A DNA stretch of 64,000 bases from positions 1,728,001-1,792,000 of the forward strand of contig JBFWVL010000001.1 in the NCBI GenBank assembly GCA_050246755.1. The letters run 5' to 3'. Source of the DNA: Bacteriovoracia bacterium. Lineage in GTDB: Bacteria; Bdellovibrionota; UBA1018; CAIPTA01. Below, piece by piece: positions 34,577-43,105 of the stretch; the first letter of the stretch is position 1; each line of letters begins with the position of its first letter. The translations under genes and the position numbers were made by a program. The notes beneath the pieces are model-generated. The model was given only the letters and a program-made list of their open reading frames with translations. It was not told the DNA's origin and ran no database searches.

Positions 34577-35992
34577 ATGTTGAAGCTAAAGCTGTTGATG
34601 TTGCTTACCGTAGGTTCCACCGCGCTCGCCGCCAATTCCTTCGCTGGAGTTATATACGATAAAGGCGGGATGCCCCGCTGTATCTCGATGGAAGGAAGAG
34701 ACCTCCTTCTCCTCTGGGATGCATCAGACCTCTACTCCCGGGAGATCTATACCCTCGACACCGGTACCTATACGGCCCGCGATACCATGAATCCGCAGAC
34801 CTATAACTGCCACAGCTTGCCCGCGAAGCTGAGCGAAGTGCCAAAATCTGATTTAACCGTTCTCGCCAAAGGCGCCAAAAGCGTGGGCCCATTCAGCCTG
34901 GCCAGCGCCCGCATGCAGAAATCCTTAGACCAAATTCGCAATGGCGCTACCGCCTACCGCGAAGAAACCGACGCAAAATCCTTCCTGCGCAAGTACCCCA
35001 TTTCGAATTTCACGCTCGAAACCAACCGCCGGCTCACCGCGATGTATGGTGTGGGCTTCGTTTCCGAGATCTACGCCGAGATCATCGCCAGCGACCCAAA
35101 CAACAAGGCATTCTCCGATTTGATCAACGGCAACCTTCGTTCCCAGGCTTCCGATCTGGCCGCCGTGAAAAAGAATCGCACCGTGATCTACGTGAAAGGA
35201 ATCGGCCACGAGCTGAACAATTCCAAGCAGTACGATGTGTTCGTGGATAATCTCCGCAAAGGCGGCGTGGAAGTGAAAATCGTGAAAACTCACTCTTGGG
35301 ACACGATCGATACGAACGCCGCGATCGTGAAGAGAGCGCTCGAGATCGAGCTCAAGAAAGGCAAAAGCCTGATCTTGATCGGCCTTAGCAAGGGCGGCTC
35401 GGAATCCCTCCTCGCGCTTTCTATGCTTAGCAAGACTCTCGATGCGAAGCCCGCTGGCTACGGAAAAGTGGAAGCCTACCTCGGCCTCTCGGGCGTATAT
35501 GGCGGATCTTTCCTTGTGGACTGGGCCGGCAGCCTTCCCCAGCGCTTGATCATGAGTCATCTCATGAAAGACGAATATGAAAAAGAAGGCAAGAAGCTGC
35601 CCACGATCGACGGAATCCTCGACGTGAAATCCGAACCCGTGGCCGACGTGATGAAGCAAGTAGCCCATAACGGCTTGCCCCAGGAAACCACTTATTTCAG
35701 CATCGTGGGCGCGATCACCGGCGATGGTCTCGCCGCTAAAACTTCCTATATTCGCAGCTTGCAGCAAGACATCATCCGCGCGCAGCTCGACGGCTACGGC
35801 GCGAACGATGGATACATCGAGTATCCCGGAACCGCGGTACCGAAAAAATTAGTGAAGAAGTCCTATATCGGTAGCTTGAATGCGAGCCATTCCCTTGTGG
35901 ACGGCACGTACCAAGGGCAGCCGGTGGTGGGTGGCCCGGAAAACGTAGTGAACGCCATCTCGATGGCCGTTTTCCAGATTCTCGCAAAGTAA
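34577..35992 (+). CDS. Secreted alpha/beta-hydrolase (lipase/acyltransferase-like)
   Basis: Signal peptide ending SFA; oxyanion segment YVKGIG, nucleophile elbow GLSKGG, NDG, ASH. Confidence 0.75.
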   Translation: MLKLKLLMLLTVGSTALAANSFAGVIYDKGGMPRCISMEGRDLLLLWDASDLYSREIYTLDTGTYTARDTMNPQTYNCHSLPAKLSEVPKSDLTVLAKGAKSVGPFSLASARMQKSLDQIRNGATAYREETDAKSFLRKYPISNFTLETNRRLTAMYGVGFVSEIYAEIIASDPNNKAFSDLINGNLRSQASDLAAVKKNRTVIYVKGIGHELNNSKQYDVFVDNLRKGGVEVKIVKTHSWDTIDTNAAIVKRALEIELKKGKSLILIGLSKGGSESLLALSMLSKTLDAKPAGYGKVEAYLGLSGVYGGSFLVDWAGSLPQRLIMSHLMKDEYEKEGKKLPTIDGILDVKSEPVADVMKQVAHNGLPQETTYFSIVGAITGDGLAAKTSYIRSLQQDIIRAQLDGYGANDGYIEYPGTAVPKKLVKKSYIGSLNASHSLVDGTYQGQPVVGGPENVVNAISMAVFQILAK

Positions 35993-35997
35993 TCCTC

Positions 35998-36027
35998 GTT
36001 GTTGTTGAACCAGTTGTTGTTGTTGAG
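35998..36027 (+). repeat. Two short (GTT)n tracts in the epoxidase leader
   Basis: (GTT)3G at 35998-36007 and (GTT)4GAG at 36013-36027. Confidence 0.7.
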
Positions 36028-36035
36028 GTTTTGAA

Positions 36036-37427
36036 ATGTCGAACGTTGTTAATAAGAATAGTCCTGACTTTTTGATCGTTGGCGCTAGCATCGCGGGCAC
36101 CGCCCTGGCGGTTGGTCTCAGAGAAAAAGGTTTCAACGTGATGCTGATCGAGCGCGAAGCTTCGCCCCGTGAGCGCTTCAAGGGAGAATTTCTCCAGCCC
36201 TTCGCCGTGAAACAATTCACGAAGCTAGGCTTCGGCGATCTCTTCCACGCCGAAGGCACCCAGAAGATCCGCGAATTGAAATTCCGCGATCTCGACAAGG
36301 ACAATAACGTGGTGAGCGAAGTACTCGTGCCCTACCTGGGCCAAGATTTTGCCGCCGTGGTTCCCCATAAAGATTTGATCACCGGCCTCCAGAAGCGCGC
36401 CACCGAGCTTTTAGGCGAAAGCTTCCTACTCGGCACCACCGCGGAACCGCTGAACCAAGCTGACGCCGATTTTCTAGAGCACCCACGCTTCCTGATCAAG
36501 CGCGAAGGCCAAGAGTCCTTCGAGATCTCACCCCGTTTCGTGATCGGCTGCGACGGACGCCAGTCGGCGGTTCGTTCCTGGATGGGGGGCCCCAAGGCTC
36601 CCGCCATGGGTTCGCCCACCTTCGGCACCCAGCCCGAATTCATCGTGGGCGCCGAGCTTCACGGCAAACGTCCACTCCCTTGCCGTTACGAAGTGATCCG
36701 TACCGCGGGCCAAGGCACAATCGCGCTTTTCCAAACCCGGCCGGAATCGCAGCGCCTCTACTGGAACGCGCTCGCCGTTCCCGGTTCGAATAAAAAAACC
36801 TGGGAGAGCTCGCTCCAGAAGATCGTTCCCGAGCTGAAAGAGCTGGCCGACCTCGATTCCTCCGACGTGGAGAACGTAGCTGGCAGCCCCGCCGACCAAG
36901 TCTGGTTCGGCCCCGCCGCGAAATCGAACTTCTTCCTCGTGGGTGACGCGCTCGCCGTTACCTCTCCGCTCGGCGGACAGGGCATGACCTGCGCCATGCG
37001 CGAAGTGGAATCTCTTCTCCAGAGTTTCCAGCAGTACGTTGATGGTGTTTCTACCCTCGGCGAAGTACGGGAAGACTACTCTTCGCTCGCCCGCTCCACC
37101 TACTACCATATCTGCCTGCTGAACTTCGGCCTCTACTATCTCTTCTACGCCTCGGGCCGTATGTTCAAGCTCGTTTCCCGCTTCATTCTCGGGGAATGGA
37201 ATAAGCATCCCGAAATTTGCGCTCGCGTGGGCGCGCTCTTCAGCGGCATGAGCTTCGACACTCCCGGCCTCGGTGAGCTTCTCCGTCTTTGGGGAATCCT
37301 ATCCTGGGTACAACCCGCCGCCCACAAGCCGGCTCCTCGCAAATCCTTCATCGGCGCCGCGCTCTACCGCCGCCGTTATACGGATGCGCGCGAGCAGCAC
37401 CGCGCCAATAAAGCGCACTCCGCGTAA
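36036..37427 (+). CDS. Squalene epoxidase-like FAD-dependent monooxygenase
   Basis: IVGASIAG, RFKGEFLQP (cf. SQLE RIVGELLQP), GCDG, GDALAVTSPLGGQGMT (cf. GDAxNxRHPLTGGGMT), LYYLF; located in a squalene synthase/cyclase cluster. Confidence 0.85.
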   Translation: MSNVVNKNSPDFLIVGASIAGTALAVGLREKGFNVMLIEREASPRERFKGEFLQPFAVKQFTKLGFGDLFHAEGTQKIRELKFRDLDKDNNVVSEVLVPYLGQDFAAVVPHKDLITGLQKRATELLGESFLLGTTAEPLNQADADFLEHPRFLIKREGQESFEISPRFVIGCDGRQSAVRSWMGGPKAPAMGSPTFGTQPEFIVGAELHGKRPLPCRYEVIRTAGQGTIALFQTRPESQRLYWNALAVPGSNKKTWESSLQKIVPELKELADLDSSDVENVAGSPADQVWFGPAAKSNFFLVGDALAVTSPLGGQGMTCAMREVESLLQSFQQYVDGVSTLGEVREDYSSLARSTYYHICLLNFGLYYLFYASGRMFKLVSRFILGEWNKHPEICARVGALFSGMSFDTPGLGELLRLWGILSWVQPAAHKPAPRKSFIGAALYRRRYTDAREQHRANKAHSA

Positions 37428-37451
37428 TTCTCGATCTCTCAACAACATGGT

Positions 37452-37486
37452 GGGGCCGAACTTTGGTTCGGCCCCTTTTTCTTTTT
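37452..37486 (+). terminator. Intrinsic terminator after the squalene epoxidase
   Basis: GGGGCCGAAC-TTTG-GTTCGGCCCC followed by TTTTTCTTTTT. Confidence 0.92.
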
Positions 37487-37642
37487 AGCTCCGCAACGCC
37501 CACACTGCAGAGTGTTCGGTAAAAAAACACGTCTCTTTTTGGCTCGATTTTCGGCGAAAAGATAACAGGTAGAGGGGCCCGTTTTCCCTCGGGAAAAGCC
37601 CACCTAAGTTGACGGTTTTTTGAATCTAATCGATCATTAAAC

Positions 37643-38968
37643 ATGCCTTTTTCCGCCCCCCGAAAAGCAAAATCGCTTTCGCTCATTTTATTGAGCTGCG
37701 CGCTTTGCCCGGCGGCGGACGCGGCCCGGCCGATTTTAACGCCGCGAAAGGCCGCACCGCTGCTGATCTACGATATTGGGCTCGAATTGTGGGGCGCAGG
37801 CGGCGCACGCTCGCTCGCGAAAACCCCGGTGAATCCGGACAATCTCGTGGCGCGTATTCCGGAAACCGCGCTCACGGCGGAAGCGCGGCCAGACGTGCGC
37901 CTCCGCGTGAAAAAAGCCCGCGTAACGGCGCGGCCCCGCCTAATCTATACGCAAAACAATACGAAATCGGGCGCGGCCAAAACCACCAAGAACGTGGGCC
38001 GGATCCAGTGGAGCGAAGCCTACGCCTCGCTCGACATTTCGGATACGCTAGCGCTCGCCTACGGGTTGCAAAATTACCAGTGGGGCCCTTCTGAGTCGGC
38101 GAGCCCCAGCAATAGAATTTTCCGCGATACGGTAGAGGCCAAAGACGTGCTCTACGTAGTAAAGGGCAAACACCTCGTGCGCGTGAATTTTACTCCTCGG
38201 CCGGGGTGGAGCGAAGTGGCGCTCTTCGAAGTTTCCACGAACGGAAGCCCGGAATACGAAGCCCAGGAAAAGTTCGCCCAGAAGGCGCTCCTGAAATCGG
38301 AGTATTCCTGGGGCGGGGGCGCGGATTATGCCGGCATCGTTACGGGCTGGAGAAACCACGATGGGCTCTGGATCGGAGAGTACTTTAATTCCGACGTCTA
38401 CGAAGGCCTTTCGCTTTTTTTCGATATCAGCCACCAGATGGGAAGCCTGGCGTACTATCCCGTGGATAATTCCGGCGTCACCGTTCTTTCCCAGGCGCAT
38501 AAGTCCGATAAGAAAATTTATACCTTCGCCACCTTCGGCGGCCACTACGCGTTCGTGAACGGAATCGATCTCCGCTTCGAGGGAATTTTTCAGGAAGCCG
38601 GTTACAGCAAGAAACAAGTGCAGTCGGTATGGAACGCCCTCGCTTCGAACGTGCCGCAGCAGCAGGTTTTCTTCGCCATGAACTCGGCGCTGGCGTACCA
38701 GAACGGGCTCGAGTTTCCCGGGCAGAAATATCTATTCTCCTCCGTGCGCTATCCGAATTTTTTGAACGTGCGGAACTGGACGCTCTACGCGCGCGGCCTT
38801 CTTTCGCTGCAGGATTCCTCGAGCTCGGCCTTTCTGAGCTCGGAAAACGCCGTGGGCCAGCGCGGAACGATTTTCGCGAGCGTAGCCGCCTTCTCGGGAA
38901 AAATGGATTCGGAGCTGCGGGGCCTCGTGGCCTACGCGGGAATATTGGGGTACCGGCATGCCTGGTAG
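37643..38968 (+). CDS. Putative outer-membrane beta-barrel protein
   Basis: Signal peptide, alternating aromatic beta-strand pattern, C-terminal YRHAW; first gene of the ABC operon. Confidence 0.7.
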   Translation: MPFSAPRKAKSLSLILLSCALCPAADAARPILTPRKAAPLLIYDIGLELWGAGGARSLAKTPVNPDNLVARIPETALTAEARPDVRLRVKKARVTARPRLIYTQNNTKSGAAKTTKNVGRIQWSEAYASLDISDTLALAYGLQNYQWGPSESASPSNRIFRDTVEAKDVLYVVKGKHLVRVNFTPRPGWSEVALFEVSTNGSPEYEAQEKFAQKALLKSEYSWGGGADYAGIVTGWRNHDGLWIGEYFNSDVYEGLSLFFDISHQMGSLAYYPVDNSGVTVLSQAHKSDKKIYTFATFGGHYAFVNGIDLRFEGIFQEAGYSKKQVQSVWNALASNVPQQQVFFAMNSALAYQNGLEFPGQKYLFSSVRYPNFLNVRNWTLYARGLLSLQDSSSSAFLSSENAVGQRGTIFASVAAFSGKMDSELRGLVAYAGILGYRHAW

Positions 38969-38974
38969 GAGTGA

Positions 38975-39655
38975 GTGATGAGCAAGTCGATCATAAAATT
39001 GGAAAATATTTCGAAGGATTACCGCATGGGTCAGATCCGCGTGCCCGCGCTGAAATCCGTGAACCTGGATATTTTCGCCGGTGAATTCACCGCCGTGATC
39101 GGAGCTTCCGGCTCGGGCAAGAGCACGCTGCTGAATATGATTGGCTGCATCGATCAGCCCGATACCGGGAAGATCTTTCTCGACGGCGTGAATATCATTC
39201 CCCTGAGCGACGATAAGAAGAGCGATCTCCGGAACCAGAAAATTGGATTTATTTTTCAGTCGTTCAATCTCGTGCCGGTGCTTTCGGTATTCGAGAACGT
39301 AGAGCTTCCGCTGCTCATCAATCCCGCCATCTCGGCCGAAGACCGCAAAAAGCGCGTGCTCCAGGCCATCGACGATGTGGGTCTCCAGGCGTACGCCAAA
39401 AATCTTCCCGATCAGCTCTCGGGAGGGCAACGCCAGCGCGTGGCGATCGCCCGCGCCCTGGCCGGCAATCCCGTGCTGGTATTAGCCGACGAGCCTACCG
39501 CCAACCTCGATTCGGATTCTTCCAACAAGATCCTCGATCTGATGATCGATCTCAACTCCAAGCGCGGGATCACCTTTCTCTTCTCCACCCACGATGAAAA
39601 GCTGATGAAGCGCGTTTCCCGTATCATTCACATCAAAGACGGGGTGGTTGGCTGA
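38975..39655 (+). CDS. ABC transporter ATPase (LolD/MacB-like)
   Basis: GASGSGKST, IGFIFQSFNL, LSGGQRQRVAIARAL, ADEPTANLD, STHD. Confidence 0.96.
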   Translation: MMSKSIIKLENISKDYRMGQIRVPALKSVNLDIFAGEFTAVIGASGSGKSTLLNMIGCIDQPDTGKIFLDGVNIIPLSDDKKSDLRNQKIGFIFQSFNLVPVLSVFENVELPLLINPAISAEDRKKRVLQAIDDVGLQAYAKNLPDQLSGGQRQRVAIARALAGNPVLVLADEPTANLDSDSSNKILDLMIDLNSKRGITFLFSTHDEKLMKRVSRIIHIKDGVVG

Positions 39656-41010
39656 TGTGGCAGTTCTGGTTCCTTTCCCTTAGAAACCTTCGTCGCAATT
39701 CCAAGCGGAATCTCGCCACGGGCTGCGCGATCGCGTTCGGTTTCTGCGGGATCCTGCTTTTGCAGGCCTACGCCTTTCGCGTGGAGAATTTTCTGCGCGT
39801 GCACACGCTCTACTCCCTGCACACTGGACATATCGTGTTGCTCGCGGACCAGGGCTTCGATAAATTTCGCTATAATCCCCGCAAGTATAGCCTCACGCCC
39901 GAAGACCAGCGCTTCATCCTGAACGCCTTGAAAGACGAGGCCGGGATCGAGGCGGTGGAGAAGCAAATCACCGGGCAGGGTCTGCTGGGGAACGGCTGTA
40001 TCTCGCTGCCGTTCATAGCGCGGGGATTAGAGCCCGCGGTCGACAAGATCCTCCGGGCGCACCCGCAAGTAAAGGAATGGATGCCCAACCAAAAATTCCT
40101 GAAATCAGGGCAGGGGCTTTCCGATTCTAAGGCAGGTGAAGGCCTACTCCTGAGTTTGGGGCTGGCTACGGCGCTAGGCAAAACCACGATGCTCGGCGAT
40201 ATTCCGCCTGGTGCGCCGATTACGCTCGTGGATTGCGCGGCTCCCGACGTGAAGGAGCAGCTGAAAAAAGATTCCAACGTGCAGCTGCTTTCCGGCACTT
40301 GGCGGGGAGCAATGTCGGCGGTGGATGGAGAAGCCATCGGAATCTTCCAGACCGGGTTCCAGGAAGCCGACAATTCCGCCATTTTGGCCGACGTGGCCTT
40401 GCTCCAAAAATTGTTCGATACCGAGAACGTGGAGAGAATTTCGGTCTGGCTTAAAGACGATAAAAAAATCCCCGAGCTTTCCAAAAAACTAAACGAAAAG
40501 TTCGCCGCCGCCGGGAAGAAATATGATCTCGTTTCTTGGAATGAAGAACGGCTTTCCCCTTACTATTTCGGCTCGAAGCAATTTCTCGACACTCTTTCGG
40601 CCTTCGTTTCGATGATCCTCGCCGCGGTGATCGCCCTCTCCGTGCTCAATTCCACCACCATGACGATCATGGAACGTTCCCAGGAAATCGGCATGTACCG
40701 CGCGATGGGATTCCGCCGCCGGCAGGTGCGACGCCTTTACCTGCAGGAATCGCTGCTGCTCTCCTTGATTTCGCTCGGGGTGGGCACGCTTCTAACCATC
40801 GCGGTGATCCTGGCCATCAATTCCGCCAATATTGTTTACTATCCGCCTGGTGTCTCAAACGGGATGGTCCTTCGTTTCGTGCTTAACGAAAGCTCTGCGG
40901 CGAAGGCCGCGGGGATGATCCTAGTCCTGGTTTTATTGGCTACGTTCATGGCGGTTTCTAGCCGGCTCCGGCAAAAACCCGCTGACTTATTGGGAGGTAC
41001 TTTACGATGA
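39655..41010 (+). CDS. ABC transporter permease (FtsX/LolE/MacB-like)
   Basis: LRNLRRN...TM, large periplasmic domain, ERSQEIGMYRAMGF, three C-terminal TMs. Confidence 0.92.
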   Translation: MWQFWFLSLRNLRRNSKRNLATGCAIAFGFCGILLLQAYAFRVENFLRVHTLYSLHTGHIVLLADQGFDKFRYNPRKYSLTPEDQRFILNALKDEAGIEAVEKQITGQGLLGNGCISLPFIARGLEPAVDKILRAHPQVKEWMPNQKFLKSGQGLSDSKAGEGLLLSLGLATALGKTTMLGDIPPGAPITLVDCAAPDVKEQLKKDSNVQLLSGTWRGAMSAVDGEAIGIFQTGFQEADNSAILADVALLQKLFDTENVERISVWLKDDKKIPELSKKLNEKFAAAGKKYDLVSWNEERLSPYYFGSKQFLDTLSAFVSMILAAVIALSVLNSTTMTIMERSQEIGMYRAMGFRRRQVRRLYLQESLLLSLISLGVGTLLTIAVILAINSANIVYYPPGVSNGMVLRFVLNESSAAKAAGMILVLVLLATFMAVSSRLRQKPADLLGGTLR

Positions 41011-41777
41011 TCCGGTTTCTTATGGTTTTTTTCCTCAGCGTTTCCGCCATCGCCGCTTCGGGCCCTAAGGGCAAAGCTCCGGCTAAAGGAGAAGGTGTGA
41101 ATGCGCTCGAGCTTCTTAAGGTGAGTGACCGCGCACGCGGAGCCGCCGCCGCGCTCCAGGGCGTGAGCTGGACTTCCCAGGTGAAATCCGTGGAGGCCGA
41201 TGAGGAAAGCAGCGTAACCTACGCGATCAAGATCCGTGGGAACGACGCGCTCGCCGAAGCCATCGATCCTCCCCGCCAGAAAGGAGAGCTCGCGCTCTTC
41301 AACGACCGCACACTCTGGTTTTTTAAGCCGGGCCTGAAGAAACCCATTAGCATTTCTCTACGCCAGAAGCTCATGGGCCAGGCGGCAAACGGCGATATCG
41401 CTTCCACGCAGTACGCCCGCGACTACGAACCCGTTTCCACGAAGCAGGAAACCATCAACGGACACCTGGTTTGGCTCCTCGATCTCAAGGCGAAAGCCAA
41501 GAACGTGACCTACGACCGCATCCGTTACTGGATCACCGATAAAGAGAAGCTCGCCGTGAAAGCGGAGTTCCTCACCGTTTCTGGCCAGGTTTTTAAGATC
41601 GCGGAATTCAAGTATGGAAACACGATCGTGCTCAAAGGCACCAAGTTTCCTTTCGTGGGCGAGATGAAGATTCGCGACGCGAATAATCCCAAGAACGTGA
41701 CCACCATCACTTATAGAAATCCCCGGGAAGAAGCGCATGCTCCGAGCCTTTTCAACGTGAACAACTTGGTAAAGTAA
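41007..41777 (+). CDS. Outer-membrane lipoprotein-sorting (LolA-like) protein
   Basis: Signal peptide; P.RQKGE, LWFFKPG.KKPISIS.RQKLMGQAANGDIA, YDRIRYWI. Confidence 0.85.
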   Translation: MIRFLMVFFLSVSAIAASGPKGKAPAKGEGVNALELLKVSDRARGAAAALQGVSWTSQVKSVEADEESSVTYAIKIRGNDALAEAIDPPRQKGELALFNDRTLWFFKPGLKKPISISLRQKLMGQAANGDIASTQYARDYEPVSTKQETINGHLVWLLDLKAKAKNVTYDRIRYWITDKEKLAVKAEFLTVSGQVFKIAEFKYGNTIVLKGTKFPFVGEMKIRDANNPKNVTTITYRNPREEAHAPSLFNVNNLVK

Positions 41778-41779
41778 GA

Positions 41780-43105
41780 ATGTATACCTCGCGGAAACTA
41801 TTGATGCTCAAGCTGGCATCGAGAAATATCTTCCTGAACTGGCGCCATAGCTTGGCCACCGTGCTTGCGATCATGGCGGGCTTTACCTCCGTGGCGCTGC
41901 TGGACGGATTTATTTCCGCGATCAACGAAGTTTCTCAGGATGGCACCGTGAACAAGGGAATGACCGGGCATTTCTTGCTGGAAAAGCGCGGAGCCAAAGA
42001 TCATCTCTTCGAAGATCCTTGGCTCTATTCGCTGAGCAAAGAAGAGCAGGATAAAGTTTCGGGATGGCTTGAAGGTGATAAGCGCGTGAAAGCTTCGATG
42101 CGCTACCTCACGCTCAGTGGTCTCATTTCCAATGGGAAGAACTCGGCGATCTTCATTGGCGCCGGCATCGACGAAGCGCGCGGCCTGAAATTCCGCGGGG
42201 ATAAGTGGGCCTGGAATACCGTGGCCGGGAAACCTTTCTACCTCGATAATTCCGGATTCCAGATGGGCGTGGGTATGGCCACCCGGATGGACTGCAAGTT
42301 CAGCGAAAAGTACGACCTCAATAAAGACGGCTCCTATAAGGCCGAAGAGAGGCCGCTGGAATGCGCGAATCCCGTATTTCAAATTTCCGCTACCACGGAG
42401 CATGCTCAAGTGAACGCGCTCACGTTGAGCCCCACGGGCCTCGTGGATCTGCATATCCGAGAATACAACGATAAGATCATCTACTTGCCCCTCACGGCGG
42501 CCCAACAGCTCCTCGATACCGACCGGATCACTCGGTTCTCGGTACTGCTCAACGATGAAGGCACACGAAACGCCTTTGTTCGCGATTACGAAGAGAAAAT
42601 TAGGGCCTCGGGACTGGATCTTGAGGTCGTGCACTGGCTCGATCACCCCGTGGGCTCGGCTTCCAAAGGCGGGATGGCAGTGTTGAACATGTTCCGTTGG
42701 CTCTTCCTCACGATCGTGGCGGTGGTGGCCGTGATGTCGGTGGCTAATTCGCTGATGAAGAGCATCAACGAGCGGATCCGGGAGATCGGTACCCTGCGCA
42801 GCTATGGCTTCCGGCGTACCGATATCGTTCTTCTATTTTCGTTTGAAGGTCTGCTGCTGGGGTTCTTCGCCTGCCTGTTGGGAATAATCCTGAGTTCCGC
42901 CCTGGCTTTTGCGATTTCCAATGGAGGAATGACGTTCAATGCCGGCGTGATGAGCACGCCGCTGGCCATCAAGATCGATCTCGCGCTGGGCGTATGGGCA
43001 GGTTCTTCCTTCGTGCTGTGCCTGGTAACGTTCCTGGCTTCCTGGATTGTTTCCCGCCGGGCGGCGAAGATGACGATCGCCGATGCCTTACGGCATATCG
43101 CCTAA
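41780..43105 (+). CDS. ABC transporter permease (FtsX/LolE/MacB-like)
   Basis: ASRNIFLNWRHS...TM, ERIREIGTLRSYGF, C-terminal IADALRH. Confidence 0.92.
   Translation: MYTSRKLLMLKLASRNIFLNWRHSLATVLAIMAGFTSVALLDGFISAINEVSQDGTVNKGMTGHFLLEKRGAKDHLFEDPWLYSLSKEEQDKVSGWLEGDKRVKASMRYLTLSGLISNGKNSAIFIGAGIDEARGLKFRGDKWAWNTVAGKPFYLDNSGFQMGVGMATRMDCKFSEKYDLNKDGSYKAEERPLECANPVFQISATTEHAQVNALTLSPTGLVDLHIREYNDKIIYLPLTAAQQLLDTDRITRFSVLLNDEGTRNAFVRDYEEKIRASGLDLEVVHWLDHPVGSASKGGMAVLNMFRWLFLTIVAVVAVMSVANSLMKSINERIREIGTLRSYGFRRTDIVLLFSFEGLLLGFFACLLGIILSSALAFAISNGGMTFNAGVMSTPLAIKIDLALGVWAGSSFVLCLVTFLASWIVSRRAAKMTIADALRHIA

Noticed and set aside
32546-37427. Canonical bacterial sterol (lanosterol/cycloartenol) operon
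   Set aside because: The cyclase lacks the OSC hallmarks I could check (catalytic His region, E of DCTAE, VECT, GVFN), and no demethylase or reductase genes are present. Not excluded without phylogeny.
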